Source: an uncultured Candidatus Saccharibacteria bacterium (lineage in GTDB: Bacteria > Patescibacteriota > WWE3 > UBA101185 > 2-01-FULL-41-18). From it: a stretch of 64,000 bases of DNA. A program made the position numbers and the translations under genes. Positions 26,776-37,411 of this stretch are shown here, piece by piece (the first letter of the stretch is position 1; each line of letters starts with the position of its first letter). The notes beneath the pieces are model-generated. The model saw nothing but the letters and a program-made list of their open reading frames with translations. It had not been told where the DNA came from and searched no databases. The stretch is from NCBI GenBank assembly GCA_964636285.1, contig CAZWQF010000001.1:76908-140907 (forward strand), written 5' to 3'.

Positions 26776-28059
26776 ATGTTGCCCGAAAGTAATTCCTCAA
26801 TTACCTCGCTTCAAGGACCCATAGGGGATAACACCTTGTTTAGCGGTTCACAAAGCCAAAAAGGTTCAAATCCAGTTAAGAAAGCCGTCCTTGTAGTAGT
26901 AGCGCTTCTAAGCGTTGGTCTTGCAGGTTTTCTAGCTTTTAAGCTTTACCAGAACAGGTCTAGCTTTATGTCTTACGCTGGCCTTGCAGTTGATGTAAAA
27001 AATGGCCCTGCTGATGTTTATGTTGACGGAGTAAAGCTTGGTCAGACTCCTTTTGAATCTAAAAGCATAAAAACTGGCACCCACACGGTAAAAATCCAAA
27101 AGGATGATCTTGTGTATGAAACTTCTGCAGAATTCACAAAAAGTTCTCAGGTTGTAATTAACAGAGACTTGGGAGTCTCAAAAGCTTTTTCGTCTGGACA
27201 AGCTTTTTGGCTTGATTCCAAGGATCTCAGCTCAAAGTTAAATGTGATTTCAACCCCTTCGGACGCAACTGTTTATATTGATGACGTAGAATCTGGAAAA
27301 ACTCCATACACTTCCACAATTTTGACTGATGGCGAATATGACCTAAAAATCCAAAAAGATGGCTATGAAGCTCAAACAGCCAGAATCAAGATTCAAAAAG
27401 GCTTAAAGCTCAATGTTTCAGTACAGCTGTTTTTACTTCCTGTTCCCGAAAAACTAACAGCATTGTCGGGCTCCAAAACCGTTTACGACCTTTCTTCGGA
27501 CATAAATGATTTGACGCTTGATGTTCCTTCATGGGTCAAAGGAGTCATTTACATGACCGAATCAAGAGGCAGCTCAACGAGATTCTCATACTACGTGGAC
27601 TACTCAGGAAACGTTTTTGATTCTAGCGGAAAACAGCAACCAAAAGATGTAAAAATCGAATTAAAAGCTGGTGATTCAATTGCATACCTTGGTAAAAAAT
27701 CTGATAACGGAACTACCGACTTTGCCAAATTGGCTTTTGCAAACTTTGTGGGCTTGGATACAACTGGCATAGGAACAGCCTCTACAGGTTCCACAAAAAC
27801 AACGGAAACTAAAGTGACTACAACTACCACACCTACTGTTACAAGTGTTGTAGGTCAGAAAGTAAAAGTTTCTGCAACTCCAACAGGATGGCTTAGAGTT
27901 AGAAAAACTCCAGGGCTTAGCGGGGCAGAAATATCAAAACTTAACGTAGGGGATACTGCAACAGTGCTTGAGGAGAAAGCTGGTTGGTACAGAATAAATA
28001 CTCTTACTGCAGGAGAAGGCTGGATTTCTTCTGCCTACACTCAAGTTGTTAAAGAGTGA
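26776..28059 (+). CDS. Membrane-anchored surface protein with PEGA-like beta-sandwich repeats and a C-terminal bacterial SH3-like domain
   Basis: N-terminal TM. Two 'VYVDGV.LGQTP...' / 'VYIDDVESGKTP' PEGA-like repeats. C-terminal 'GWLRVRKTPGLSGAEISKLNVGDTATVLEEKAGWYRI' is SH3b-like. Confidence 0.5.
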   Translation: MLPESNSSITSLQGPIGDNTLFSGSQSQKGSNPVKKAVLVVVALLSVGLAGFLAFKLYQNRSSFMSYAGLAVDVKNGPADVYVDGVKLGQTPFESKSIKTGTHTVKIQKDDLVYETSAEFTKSSQVVINRDLGVSKAFSSGQAFWLDSKDLSSKLNVISTPSDATVYIDDVESGKTPYTSTILTDGEYDLKIQKDGYEAQTARIKIQKGLKLNVSVQLFLLPVPEKLTALSGSKTVYDLSSDINDLTLDVPSWVKGVIYMTESRGSSTRFSYYVDYSGNVFDSSGKQQPKDVKIELKAGDSIAYLGKKSDNGTTDFAKLAFANFVGLDTTGIGTASTGSTKTTETKVTTTTTPTVTSVVGQKVKVSATPTGWLRVRKTPGLSGAEISKLNVGDTATVLEEKAGWYRINTLTAGEGWISSAYTQVVKE

Positions 28060-28741
28060 TTCTTGACTTAACCTTTTTAAGAATTTCTTGATGGATATCT
28101 TCTATAGTTCTTAATTTGTTCTTTTTCACACAATTAATTTTAATAATGTGTTTATATTTTTTTGTTAAATAGAGATACCTACTCTCAACCTTTTTTAAGT
28201 ATGCAAAGTCTCTTTCGTGGACATCCCTTTTTTGATCTGCATACTCCCTTCCTGATCTTTTTTCTTCCATCTTACTCCAGATAAATTCAAGCGGAGCAAA
28301 CAAGAAAACAACAACATCCTCTTTTGGTATGCCAAAAATTTCATACTCAAGCTTACAGTTCCACTCCAGGTATTCGTTTACGTCTCTGTCCTCTACACTT
28401 GCCGATCTGAATGCAAGATTTGACATCATATATCTGTCAGAAATAACAGTTTTTCCGGAGTTAATCCAGTCGTATAATTGCTTTTTTGCTTCAAACCTAT
28501 CAATGGCGTAAAGTGGCGCAATCAAATAAGTGCTTACTGAGTTTTGATCTCCAAATTCTCCATTCAGATATCTTTTAACAAGTTTTCCTCCAAATGTTTG
28601 TTGGTATTGTGGGAATTTAATTGTCTCAACTTCTTTACCCTCTTCTTCAATGTACTTTTTTAGGAGTTCAAATTGTGTGCTTTTTCCAACACCATCCACA
28701 CCTTCTATTACAATAAATTTGCCTGTTTTTGGCTTTGTCAT
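28049..28741 (-). CDS. tmk: Thymidylate (dTMP) kinase-like protein
   Basis: 'KFIVIEGVDGVGKSTQFELL' P-loop of the TMPK family. 230 aa. Confidence 0.65.
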   Translation of the reverse strand: MTKPKTGKFIVIEGVDGVGKSTQFELLKKYIEEEGKEVETIKFPQYQQTFGGKLVKRYLNGEFGDQNSVSTYLIAPLYAIDRFEAKKQLYDWINSGKTVISDRYMMSNLAFRSASVEDRDVNEYLEWNCKLEYEIFGIPKEDVVVFLFAPLEFIWSKMEEKRSGREYADQKRDVHERDFAYLKKVESRYLYLTKKYKHIIKINCVKKNKLRTIEDIHQEILKKVKSRITL

Positions 28742-29340
28742 TTTATTGAGTTGAGCTCAGCTTTTGCTTCATCAAGAGAGGGTCTAAGCATTAGAGCTTT
28801 TTCAAGGCTTTCCTTTGCTTCTTCATTCATCCCCAGTAATTTAAAGTGCTTTCCAATTGTGAGTGCTAGATCTGCATCAGTTGGAGCGAGGTTTTTTACT
28901 TGCCTCAAAAAAATTCCTGCTTGAGCCTTGTAGTTTTCATCAAATCCTTTGGAAGGATCGGTGATATCATTCAAGCTTAAAAAATAATACATTGGGATCA
29001 AGCTCTTAATGTTCACAAGATTTATTGGTTGTAGAGTGTACGAAGCTTTGAGCTCCTCGTACGCTCTTTCTTTTACTGCGCTCATTTCTTCTTCGGACAA
29101 AATTCCTGATAGGGCCAAAGACAGATACATTAGGGCTTTGTTTCTTCTGTAAGTGGGCTCCATCTGGTTTAAAGAAACTGCAGAGTTTATATATTCTCCT
29201 GCATTTACAAAGTCTCCCGTCATGAGAATCTTTTTTCCTTGAGTGCTGGATAAATCTGCAATAAAAAAATTAAATATTAGGTAGTTAAAAAGTATATAAC
29301 CAAGGATTACAATTCCTGCAAAAAACCTTTTAGTTTTCAT
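28738..29340 (-). CDS. Membrane-anchored helical-repeat (TPR-like) protein
   Basis: N-terminal TM then a helical repeat-like sequence. 4-nt overlap with tmk. Confidence 0.4.
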   Translation of the reverse strand: MKTKRFFAGIVILGYILFNYLIFNFFIADLSSTQGKKILMTGDFVNAGEYINSAVSLNQMEPTYRRNKALMYLSLALSGILSEEEMSAVKERAYEELKASYTLQPINLVNIKSLIPMYYFLSLNDITDPSKGFDENYKAQAGIFLRQVKNLAPTDADLALTIGKHFKLLGMNEEAKESLEKALMLRPSLDEAKAELNSIK

Positions 29341-30820
29341 AATCCTCCTTTTGAATTAATGCTAAGAAAATATACAAGAGCATTGAGGTCATTACTGTGT
29401 GCCATCCAAATGCATCTGTTATAAAAAGGCCTAGAATTCCCGCCTTGAGTGGTAAAGATCTTTGATTTTTGAAATTAACAAAGATTCCCTTAATGAGAAA
29501 CAAGTAGGTAAACAACCCTACTAGTCCCAGATTACATAGGATCTCAATATAGTAATTGTGAGGCTTATTAAAAACAAAGTCCCATTCGGTTGTTAAATTC
29601 ATTTCTTTAGGCCTAAACTTTAAAAATGCGTACGGAAATGTTTCAGGCCCAGATCCAATAAGTAAATTTTTAATGGAGCTTGTTGCAAGATTAAGCGACC
29701 CTCTCCACACTGTAAGTCTTATTCCCGTTGTGTCTCCAAACTTTGGCTTTTCTATTTTAGGATTTGTGCTTGGATTTGCTTCTGAATCTTCATCTTTTGA
29801 CTCACTGACCTCAGAGTTACCCGTATTGTTGGATTGTGGTTCTTTGGCTGGAGTAAGTTTTTGTGCTTCTCCTGCGTTTTCCGTGACGGCAACATAAGTT
29901 TCATAGGTTTTCTTTGGAAAGAGTTTGTTTTGTACATCATTTATTGAATCTTTTAACTTAGGCCCAAAGACCCCAGGGTTAGTTACCATTACGAGAAATG
30001 TAATTCCCGTTATGGAAATTAACTGAATTTTATTTTTCAAAATGCTCTCTTTATTAATAAAAATAAAAAATAGGAGTACGGCCCCTAGAATTCCTAGAAA
30101 CCCGGAAAACGAATAGGTGAACCACAAAGCTGAAAAGTTTAGAATTGCTAAAGCTGACAGTAGAACTTTCTTTTTCTGGTTACTCTCTTCCATCGCCCTA
30201 AACAAGACTAGAGGAATTAGCATTACCAAAAATGCCGCTAGCCAGTTTGGTTGTCCAAGCGAGGAGAACACTCTAGTTTGAGAGTCCTCTATCCAAACAT
30301 TTTTTTCTATTCCTAACCTTTGAAGTACCGCGTAAACCGAAACAGGAATTGTAGAAAATATAAGAACGTTTCCAAGTTTTAGAAACAAGTTTTCATACTT
30401 AATTTTAATTAACACTGTAAAAAGAAGTGTCCAAAGTACTATTGAAGCTAATCCTCCATTAAATCTTGTGTAGTATCCAAAAACCGAGGTATAGGGGAGT
30501 ATGGAAAACACAGCAGATATAAAGTTTGCTAAAAGAAGTAAATAAACAGCTTTCTCAAGCAGAGACTTTTTTGCTGTTATTGGCTTGAGTTCCTCCTCAA
30601 TCTTTAAATTGGTATCCTTAGGATGAAGAAGTCTTTTAACCACAAAAACCATCCCAGCTGTTGAAAAAGCAAAGTAGCTAAACATCATCTTTGGGAATTC
30701 AAAAAGTTCGTTAACGTTTTTGAAGTAAATAAGAGGCGTGAAAAACACAGCGGTGGCTATAATAAAAAAGATTGCTGTATCCTGACTTTTTACTTTCATT
30801 GACTCTTTTTTGCTTGGCAT
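29330..30820 (-). CDS. O-antigen ligase / Wzy-like polytopic membrane protein
   Basis: About 10 TM helices. Large extracytoplasmic loop with a 'LLIGSGPETFPYAF' GxGxGxF-like motif typical of O-antigen ligase/polymerase families. Confidence 0.5.
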   Translation of the reverse strand: MPSKKESMKVKSQDTAIFFIIATAVFFTPLIYFKNVNELFEFPKMMFSYFAFSTAGMVFVVKRLLHPKDTNLKIEEELKPITAKKSLLEKAVYLLLLANFISAVFSILPYTSVFGYYTRFNGGLASIVLWTLLFTVLIKIKYENLFLKLGNVLIFSTIPVSVYAVLQRLGIEKNVWIEDSQTRVFSSLGQPNWLAAFLVMLIPLVLFRAMEESNQKKKVLLSALAILNFSALWFTYSFSGFLGILGAVLLFFIFINKESILKNKIQLISITGITFLVMVTNPGVFGPKLKDSINDVQNKLFPKKTYETYVAVTENAGEAQKLTPAKEPQSNNTGNSEVSESKDEDSEANPSTNPKIEKPKFGDTTGIRLTVWRGSLNLATSSIKNLLIGSGPETFPYAFLKFRPKEMNLTTEWDFVFNKPHNYYIEILCNLGLVGLFTYLFLIKGIFVNFKNQRSLPLKAGILGLFITDAFGWHTVMTSMLLYIFLALIQKEDYEN

Positions 30821-30854
30821 AGTATTATTGTTCTAATAGTAATAAAGCCTGCCT

Positions 30855-31373
30855 ATGTTTTCAAGGATACTAACAAAACTTATTGATGAAGCAATACTTC
30901 CTGCTGTGACCCTTTTGGCAACAAAAGTTGTTTCCACCATACTCCTAATTAAGTACCTGGAAATTCCTTTGGCAGATGGAACTAATTACTTTTCCGTTTA
31001 TTTTTCAAATCAGGCAGATTTTGTAAAGGTTAATTCGTATTCTACCATTTCCATGGCTGTTGTTATATTTTTAGGTGCTCTTTTGTTCCTTGTTAAGTCT
31101 AGGTTCTTTCATGAAACACATATTACTCCAGCAAATGCCACAAAGGTTGCTGGTATGGGGTTAAATAGATTTATCAAGACTTCAATGGATGTGTACTCAG
31201 AAGGAAGCATTTGGCTAATGTTCTCACTGCTCCTTTCGCTCATTTTAGGAATACAAGTGTACTACCAGATTGTGTACCCGTTATCTTTTGCTATCAGCAT
31301 GTCGGGTTCCATCTTTTTAGTGCTTATTCTGGTTTCAGATGTGGAAAGAGAGGTTACAAGAAAGTATGCATAA
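30855..31373 (+). CDS. Hypothetical polytopic membrane protein
   Basis: ORF track. Four predicted hydrophobic helices. Confidence 0.5.
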   Translation: MFSRILTKLIDEAILPAVTLLATKVVSTILLIKYLEIPLADGTNYFSVYFSNQADFVKVNSYSTISMAVVIFLGALLFLVKSRFFHETHITPANATKVAGMGLNRFIKTSMDVYSEGSIWLMFSLLLSLILGIQVYYQIVYPLSFAISMSGSIFLVLILVSDVEREVTRKYA

Positions 31374-31848
31374 GAAGATTGGAAAATATTGGTTTAATTT
31401 TAGCGCACTTCTCATGCTTTCAGGGCTTTTTGCGCTGCCATTTTTTTCGTTTGCAAAATACAACGCACCTGTTTTAAGCCGGGATTCTGAGTCTGTGCTT
31501 TCCGCAACATCACAAACCAAGGTTTTTTCAAATGTAGTATATTCAGAAGTTGTAGAAGCAACTTTTAGCCAAAAAGAAAGAAACAGAAGTTTTGATCCTT
31601 TAACCAAAATTAAAAATGCTGAAAATAAGTCTAAAGAATACAGACTTGTTATCAAAGAGGTCTTGGAGAACGAACAAAACACAAAAGAAGCCAGCAAATC
31701 CTTTGATGCAGTGTCCTACTTTACGGTTAACGGTAAAGAGACAGCAGTATTAAACCCGAATGAAGTCACAGATGTTGTTTTGGAAGTTGATAGAAAAGCA
31801 GAAAAAAGAGCTACAAAGTTTTTAGTCCTCATTCTTTCAGAAAATTAA
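31366..31848 (+). CDS. Hypothetical secreted protein (signal peptide). Start taken at internal Met (MHKKIGKYW); tool start is 31339.
   Basis: 'KKIGKYWFNFSALLMLSGLFALPFFSFA' is signal-peptide-like. Choosing Met10 removes most of the overlap with the upstream gene. Confidence 0.5.
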   Translation: MHKKIGKYWFNFSALLMLSGLFALPFFSFAKYNAPVLSRDSESVLSATSQTKVFSNVVYSEVVEATFSQKERNRSFDPLTKIKNAENKSKEYRLVIKEVLENEQNTKEASKSFDAVSYFTVNGKETAVLNPNEVTDVVLEVDRKAEKRATKFLVLILSEN

Positions 31849-31915
31849 AAAAATCAGCGCCACCACAACCTCACACACATAGCGTAAAGTCATGGCGGCG
31901 CCATTTGAGGCGGTC

Positions 31916-32212
31916 TCAGAAGAAGTGATTAAGCAACCTTTCCGTTGGCACTAGTGTGTCTCCTTCGAGGGTGAAGAAACCAGCCTCAGCAAGTAGTTTG
32001 AACCCGTTGATAACAGCGTTTCTGTTAGTCCACTTATTTGCGCTCGGATGGTTAGCATACTCTGCTGGACTTGCACTAAACACTGTCATCACACCTTCGG
32101 CCAAGAACAGCCCTTCCAAAAACTTGAACGCTACAGTCATATCTCCTTTATGTATGCCGAACGGAAGGTTGATTCCATGCCCTGAAATTCCAGATTTAAC
32201 TCCTGCAACCAT
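31916..32212 (-). CDS. Hypothetical 98-aa protein in a short GC-rich patch
   Basis: ORF track. Visibly higher G+C than flanks. No recognisable motif. Confidence 0.35.
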   Translation of the reverse strand: MVAGVKSGISGHGINLPFGIHKGDMTVAFKFLEGLFLAEGVMTVFSASPAEYANHPSANKWTNRNAVINGFKLLAEAGFFTLEGDTLVPTERLLNHFF

Positions 32213-32281
32213 AAGTCCCTCCTATAGGGTTTTCTATGCGGATAGTATCAACTGCAAATATGAAAATCAATTATTTTGTTG

Positions 32282-33235
32282 TTAATTTGTGGATTGAAGG
32301 CCGTAGACAATAATTATAATTGTGGAAACCCAAACAATAAGAGTGTTTAAAAGAGGAACATCAGATAAAAGAACACGCTCGGGGGATTCGCCCTCTTTCT
32401 TTTCGTAAACAACATAGAGATACCTTGCAACGCCGTATATGACCACAGGGATTGTTAACATCATCCACTTTGGAGTATTTAAGGTTGACGGCAGAATTCC
32501 TGCCAAATCGTCAGTTGTAGTTGTTTGTGTTTGAAATGCAAAAAGCGAATAGGAAACCACTGCGAACGTTGCAGAAAGCGAGATCATACTATCAAGTAGG
32601 TTGTCCGGATAATGTTTTAGTGTGTCTCTGGTCTCCAAAGCAACATGTTTTGCGCTAAGTAGGGTTCGTTCTGACCTTCTCTTTCCAAACGCCAAAAGTA
32701 ATGAGAGTCCAATAACTGAAAGTATTAGCCAAGAAGAAATTGGAATCGAAGTAGCAAAGGCGCCAGCAAAAACTCTAATAACAAATCCGCTTGCCACAAC
32801 AAGAGCGTCAAGAATGATCACATTTCTAATAACAAGAGAATATAGAATCTGAATAGCAAAATATACAATTATAGTTAGTGCAAAAAACCTTCCTACTTTT
32901 GCTCTTGCAAGAATTATTGCTCCAGTAACAAGACAAAAAGCAAGTATCATGGCAAATTTGTCGGAGATAAAGCCTCCTGCAACAGGTCTATTCTTTTTTA
33001 CTGGGTGAAGTCTATCTTTTGGAGCATCAAGCACATCATTGATAAGGTAGGTGCCTGCAGAGAGCATTGTAAAAATCAACGCTGCCTTTGTTGTCATTTT
33101 GAAAACATCAATTTCAAACAGATTTCCCCAAAAAAGTGGGGCTGCGTAGACACTGAGGTTTTTTAGCCATTGTCTTGGTCTAAGTGCCCTCAGCACATGA
33201 TAGATTTTGAGGGTTTTAAGCTGGCTAAGCTTCAT
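32282..33235 (-). CDS. UbiA-family prenyltransferase (decaprenyl-phosphate phosphoribosyltransferase-like)
   Basis: 'NDVLDAPKDRLHPVKKNRPVAGG' (NDxxDxxxD Asp-rich motif). Eight or nine TM helices. Confidence 0.75.
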   Translation of the reverse strand: MKLSQLKTLKIYHVLRALRPRQWLKNLSVYAAPLFWGNLFEIDVFKMTTKAALIFTMLSAGTYLINDVLDAPKDRLHPVKKNRPVAGGFISDKFAMILAFCLVTGAIILARAKVGRFFALTIIVYFAIQILYSLVIRNVIILDALVVASGFVIRVFAGAFATSIPISSWLILSVIGLSLLLAFGKRRSERTLLSAKHVALETRDTLKHYPDNLLDSMISLSATFAVVSYSLFAFQTQTTTTDDLAGILPSTLNTPKWMMLTIPVVIYGVARYLYVVYEKKEGESPERVLLSDVPLLNTLIVWVSTIIIIVYGLQSTN

Positions 33236-33337
33236 GCAATAACATTAACACAAAAGTAGGTTTTCAGAAATTTAGAGTAGCTTGCACCAAGATTGGAGAA
33301 ATAGGAAGCCCCAAAGGGGATTTGGGGCTTCCGCTGA

Positions 33338-33877
33338 TTAATCCTGATTCCTCATCCTTTTTTTAGCTCTTATGTACCTAGCCAATCTTGCATATTCATC
33401 TTCCTGGCTTCTTACAACTCTGGTTTTTGTTTGGTTGCGTTCCCGCTTTTCCGCTTCTGCTCTACCAATAATCTTTGTGACGAGCTCAACAACGCAAATA
33501 ACCCAAAAGATAGCCAATGCGGCTATCAAAAGTGGGTACATGTCAATGCCACTCAGTAGAAGCAGGATGTACATGCCCATGGTAAAAAAAGCAACCGCTC
33601 CAAAAAAGCTGAATACCGAATCCATTAATGAGCTCCTCTGCTTTTTGTGCTCCTCTGAGATGTCTAAATACAAACCGATCCCAAGAAGTGCCATTCCTCC
33701 GATAGTAGCCGTAATTGCAAATAATCCAACAAGCGTAATGTCAACATAGCCTGCCAAAAATCTTGCAAGCTGAGCTAGTTCCATGAAAGAAATTCCAAGA
33801 AAGAAGCACAAGCTGGATTTGATGCTGTTTTCGCTAGTCATCTTGGTAGCCTTTCTAGTGTTTTTTTGATTATACAA
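33338..33877 (-). CDS. Hypothetical membrane protein with a basic C-terminal tail
   Basis: ORF track. Three or four TM helices. Confidence 0.5.
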   Translation of the reverse strand: MYNQKNTRKATKMTSENSIKSSLCFFLGISFMELAQLARFLAGYVDITLVGLFAITATIGGMALLGIGLYLDISEEHKKQRSSLMDSVFSFFGAVAFFTMGMYILLLLSGIDMYPLLIAALAIFWVICVVELVTKIIGRAEAEKRERNQTKTRVVRSQEDEYARLARYIRAKKRMRNQD

Positions 33878-33972
33878 GTAAGATCAGCGCTTTAGCTATA
33901 GGATTAGGTATTCCTTGTTACTTAGTTAGTATTTTGCATCACGCAAATCTTTGAGCTATATTTATAAACACT

Positions 33973-34452
33973 ATGTTATTAACCCCACACACTTTTGTAG
34001 GTACGGCAATCGCAACTTCGGTTCCAAATATTTTTATTTCGGTTCCACTTTCGTTTTTAATGCACCTTCTTGGCGATAAAGTTCCGCACTGGGATTTTTT
34101 TACCGGAACAAAAGTAGAGGATAGACGAAAAGGGTGGAGGCTTATTGGAGTGATGCTTGATCTTGCAGTTGGGGTTGCTGTAGGGATGTTTTTTACACTT
34201 CATGCTCTTTGGGTTCAGCACAACTCATACCTTGCACTTAATATTTTTCTTTGTGGCCTTGCTTCAAACTTGCCAGACGCTATTGAAGTTCCAAGGTCAT
34301 ATTTTGATTCAAAAAATCCTTTTGTGATGTTTATGTATAGAATTCAACACGCTATGCAGTTTAGAGCTGATCTTCCTTGGGGAGTTATTTCTCAGCTTTT
34401 TGTTGTTTTAGTTTGCCTAGCTCTCCTTTCAGGTTCACTGCTACAAGGATAA
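33973..34452 (+). CDS. Hypothetical membrane protein
   Basis: ORF track. Four hydrophobic helices. Confidence 0.5.
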   Translation: MLLTPHTFVGTAIATSVPNIFISVPLSFLMHLLGDKVPHWDFFTGTKVEDRRKGWRLIGVMLDLAVGVAVGMFFTLHALWVQHNSYLALNIFLCGLASNLPDAIEVPRSYFDSKNPFVMFMYRIQHAMQFRADLPWGVISQLFVVLVCLALLSGSLLQG

Positions 34453-35878
34453 AGGCAACAATTCCACTAATGGTTAATAAAGCAAGAATCTTTTCTCTTC
34501 CAGAAGAAATTAACGCTACCGCGCCAAATATGATTGTCAGGATCCAGTAAAAGATTGCAACGCTCTGCTGTGAAAATCCCATATCAATTAATCTGTGATG
34601 AAAGTGCCCTCTGTCTCCCCAAACAGGAGATTTTTTTTGAATAAGCCTTCTTACAATAGTAATTATTGCATCAAGAGTTGGAACAATTAGTACCAGAGTT
34701 GCAGCTGCAACCTTAGTCCCTGCCATTATTGAGAGCATTGCAATCACAAGTCCCATTGTTGTAGCGCCAAATCCCCACATTATTTTAGATGGATGCCAGT
34801 TAAATGGAAGAATTCCAATTGCCGCACCTCCTGCAACCACAGCAAGTTTTGCTATCTCAATTTGAGCTGGATCAATTTTTAATAGTCTTAACGAAAGAGC
34901 GGCAATAATTAAGCACGAAATAGCCGTCATCCCACTGTACTGACCATCTACAGCATTAGACCAGGAAAGCATGTTCATCACCCACATAATCCAAATAACA
35001 GTAAAAAGATCGGCTAACGGGATAAAAGTGAATGTAGTTTCAAAAATCTTGAATGTGTATTGCCATAAATCTAGCCTCATAATTCCATCAAACGGGTTCG
35101 CAAAAAAAAGTATCCTTGCGTTTGAAAGCATTAAAGTAACCAAAATAATTAACGGGAGCATGACTAGTCTAAAGTAAGGGTTCAAATTTTTTTTATCGTC
35201 AGCAATGCTAAGAAAGGTAGTTAAGAACCCTCCAATTAAAAGCCCAAATACTGGCCTTGCTGGAGGTACAAAAATAAGTCCTAAAACCAAAAAAGTTATA
35301 AAGAACGGTAAGCCTCCTGCTCTAGCTGAAGGTCCTTTAAGAATCATTCCTGGATGTGAGTGCACTGCTGGGTCTGTTACAAGGCCAAACTTTTTTGCAA
35401 GTTTTATGGTTGGTGGAACTAGAGCTGCACAAAATAAAATGCTGAAAATAAATAGCGGTATTAACTCTACAGCAGATGACGGTACAAGTTGCTGATATGG
35501 AGAACTTGCTTTATGCACAATTCTTGCAAGAGCTATTGTTAAAAACGTTGTAGACACTGTGAGCAGGGTCAAGGTAGTGAAGACTCCTTCCTTATTTTTT
35601 TCTTTTGTTAATGAATTAACAATAAAGAAAGATGCAAGTACCGTTGAGATTGAAATTATTGGAATTAAAAATATGCTGGACGAAGGAGCGAGCTGATAAT
35701 CTCCCCAAGAATTTGTATACCAAAGAGGTACTTGTGGGTTAAGTGCTGGAAATCTATAAAAGGTGTACGCAAAAAGAAGAACTGAAAAAAATAAATTTAA
35801 CGCAAGCACCGCCGCGGCATTTTTATCTGCTGTAACTTCTGTATAGATTGTTTTAAAGAAACCTTGTTTTTTGCTCAT
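34385..35878 (-). CDS. MraY/WecA-family (GT4) polyprenyl-phosphate phospho-sugar transferase with an N-terminal membrane extension of about 100 aa
   Basis: 'LAKKFGLVTDPAVHSHPGMILKGP...GGLPFF', 'ADDKKNL', 'NPFDGI', 'GDRGHFHHRLIDMGFS' (HHH-like motif). Confidence 0.7.
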   Translation of the reverse strand: MSKKQGFFKTIYTEVTADKNAAAVLALNLFFSVLLFAYTFYRFPALNPQVPLWYTNSWGDYQLAPSSSIFLIPIISISTVLASFFIVNSLTKEKNKEGVFTTLTLLTVSTTFLTIALARIVHKASSPYQQLVPSSAVELIPLFIFSILFCAALVPPTIKLAKKFGLVTDPAVHSHPGMILKGPSARAGGLPFFITFLVLGLIFVPPARPVFGLLIGGFLTTFLSIADDKKNLNPYFRLVMLPLIILVTLMLSNARILFFANPFDGIMRLDLWQYTFKIFETTFTFIPLADLFTVIWIMWVMNMLSWSNAVDGQYSGMTAISCLIIAALSLRLLKIDPAQIEIAKLAVVAGGAAIGILPFNWHPSKIMWGFGATTMGLVIAMLSIMAGTKVAAATLVLIVPTLDAIITIVRRLIQKKSPVWGDRGHFHHRLIDMGFSQQSVAIFYWILTIIFGAVALISSGREKILALLTISGIVAFILVAVNLKGELGKLKQQKAEK

Positions 35879-37407
35879 CTGTATTTTGGAGTAAAGTGCA
35901 GGCTCTTATATCTCTTTCCAAACATCATTTTGGTCTCAGCTTCAAGGAAAGGTATGAACGAAAAAGTTAAGAGGTTTATAAAAATAAGAGGACCTTCACA
36001 GAGAATTATAATTTTTCTCCACCATGGCATTGTTCTTGGAAATGGTGCTGCAAGTTTTTTCCTTAATATTGAAAAGGGGATCATGAAAAGAAGTCCAATT
36101 GTAAGAATCAAGCTCATTGTATTCGGAAGTCTGTAGGCTATTGTTGTTTGTCTAACGCTTTCGTTTACAAGAGTCATGATTCCAAAACCAAAAGTCATAA
36201 GAAAAACTATAGTCCTCATTATCAAGTGCCTCTCAATTTTTGCGTACATCCACATTAATTTTGTTCCAAGTGGGATGCCTTTTTCTCTTACAAATCCACT
36301 TAATGCAAGCTGGGTTGTAACGCTTCCCCAGCCCCACCTCACAAGTTGCTTGTAAAGGCTTACATGTGCTTTAAGGAATGTTTGACCGTGCACTGCATCT
36401 GAGGAGTTAGGTGTGTAGAAAACAACTGCTTTGAAGTCTCCTTTTCGTGCAAAAAAAGCTCTCCAGTAGAAAACAGTGTCATCAATTAATGTCACATCCC
36501 AAAAATTTGCTGCAATTAAAGTATCTAAAGATGCTGAATAGCACGAGAAAGTTTCCTGCGTGTCCTGGTTTATTGTCCAAGAACCAAGTGCGCCAAGCGT
36601 TATACTGTTGGCTTCAATTCTCATCATTGGGTGGACATCCCAAATATTGTTATCAAATAAGAACAGTGCTGTTGAGTAGAACCTATTATCTCTTTTTGGA
36701 CATGTTAAATAGGCGTAAGTAAGTCTTGAAATGAACTCTTTATGGATGATTGTGTCAGCATCAAAAGTTGTGAATATAAAGTTTCTTAAGTTCTCTCCTT
36801 TGGATTTCAGTTCTTCAATCGCGTGTGTTGCACCCCAAGTTCTATTTCCTGCACCGCCTCCAATGAGTTCACCAGGAATTCCTGCTGGATGGACATAAAA
36901 TAAAATGTTTGGAATCTGCTCTTTATACCTCTCCCTTAAAATGCTTATGGACTCTCCAACGGATGCAGCGCCTCTTTCTTCACAAGACACGGCAACAAAC
37001 ATGTTCTGTTTGAGTTCAAAACTTTGCTCCGACAAAGCTTTAAAAGTTTGATCTAAAACGCCAAGAGGTTCGTTTACGGTTGGGACTAAGATCAAGTGTT
37101 TTGTAGCAGTTAAGCCTTCAGGTCTTGTAGATGGCTCTGGGAGTTTTTCAAAGTCTAAATCTTTGCATTTTTGGTTCCAGTCAGTTGAGGTCTCTTTTTT
37201 GAATCTGTAGTAGCCAATAAGTGCTCCCGTTGAAGTCATGAAAGCCATAAAGACCCAATATATAGAGAAGAACGCAAGCATGATGGCTACAATTTGAGGA
37301 GCAATAAGTCCTAGCCAAATTGGCGAAAGGAGCATTAACCATGTACCAAAGCCCGGTAAGAACTCAAAAATCCTGTCCAAAAATGGTTTTTTAGGAGAAT
37401 CTGACAT
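35875..37407 (-). CDS. Family-2 glycosyltransferase, processive type (cellulose/chitin-synthase-like) with TM helices
   Basis: 'TFDADTIIH' (DxD), 'QLVRWGWGSV' (QxxRW). N- and C-terminal TM helices. 4-nt overlap with the upstream MraY-like gene. Confidence 0.7.
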   Translation of the reverse strand: MSDSPKKPFLDRIFEFLPGFGTWLMLLSPIWLGLIAPQIVAIMLAFFSIYWVFMAFMTSTGALIGYYRFKKETSTDWNQKCKDLDFEKLPEPSTRPEGLTATKHLILVPTVNEPLGVLDQTFKALSEQSFELKQNMFVAVSCEERGAASVGESISILRERYKEQIPNILFYVHPAGIPGELIGGGAGNRTWGATHAIEELKSKGENLRNFIFTTFDADTIIHKEFISRLTYAYLTCPKRDNRFYSTALFLFDNNIWDVHPMMRIEANSITLGALGSWTINQDTQETFSCYSASLDTLIAANFWDVTLIDDTVFYWRAFFARKGDFKAVVFYTPNSSDAVHGQTFLKAHVSLYKQLVRWGWGSVTTQLALSGFVREKGIPLGTKLMWMYAKIERHLIMRTIVFLMTFGFGIMTLVNESVRQTTIAYRLPNTMSLILTIGLLFMIPFSILRKKLAAPFPRTMPWWRKIIILCEGPLIFINLLTFSFIPFLEAETKMMFGKRYKSLHFTPKYR

Positions 37408-37411
37408 ATTT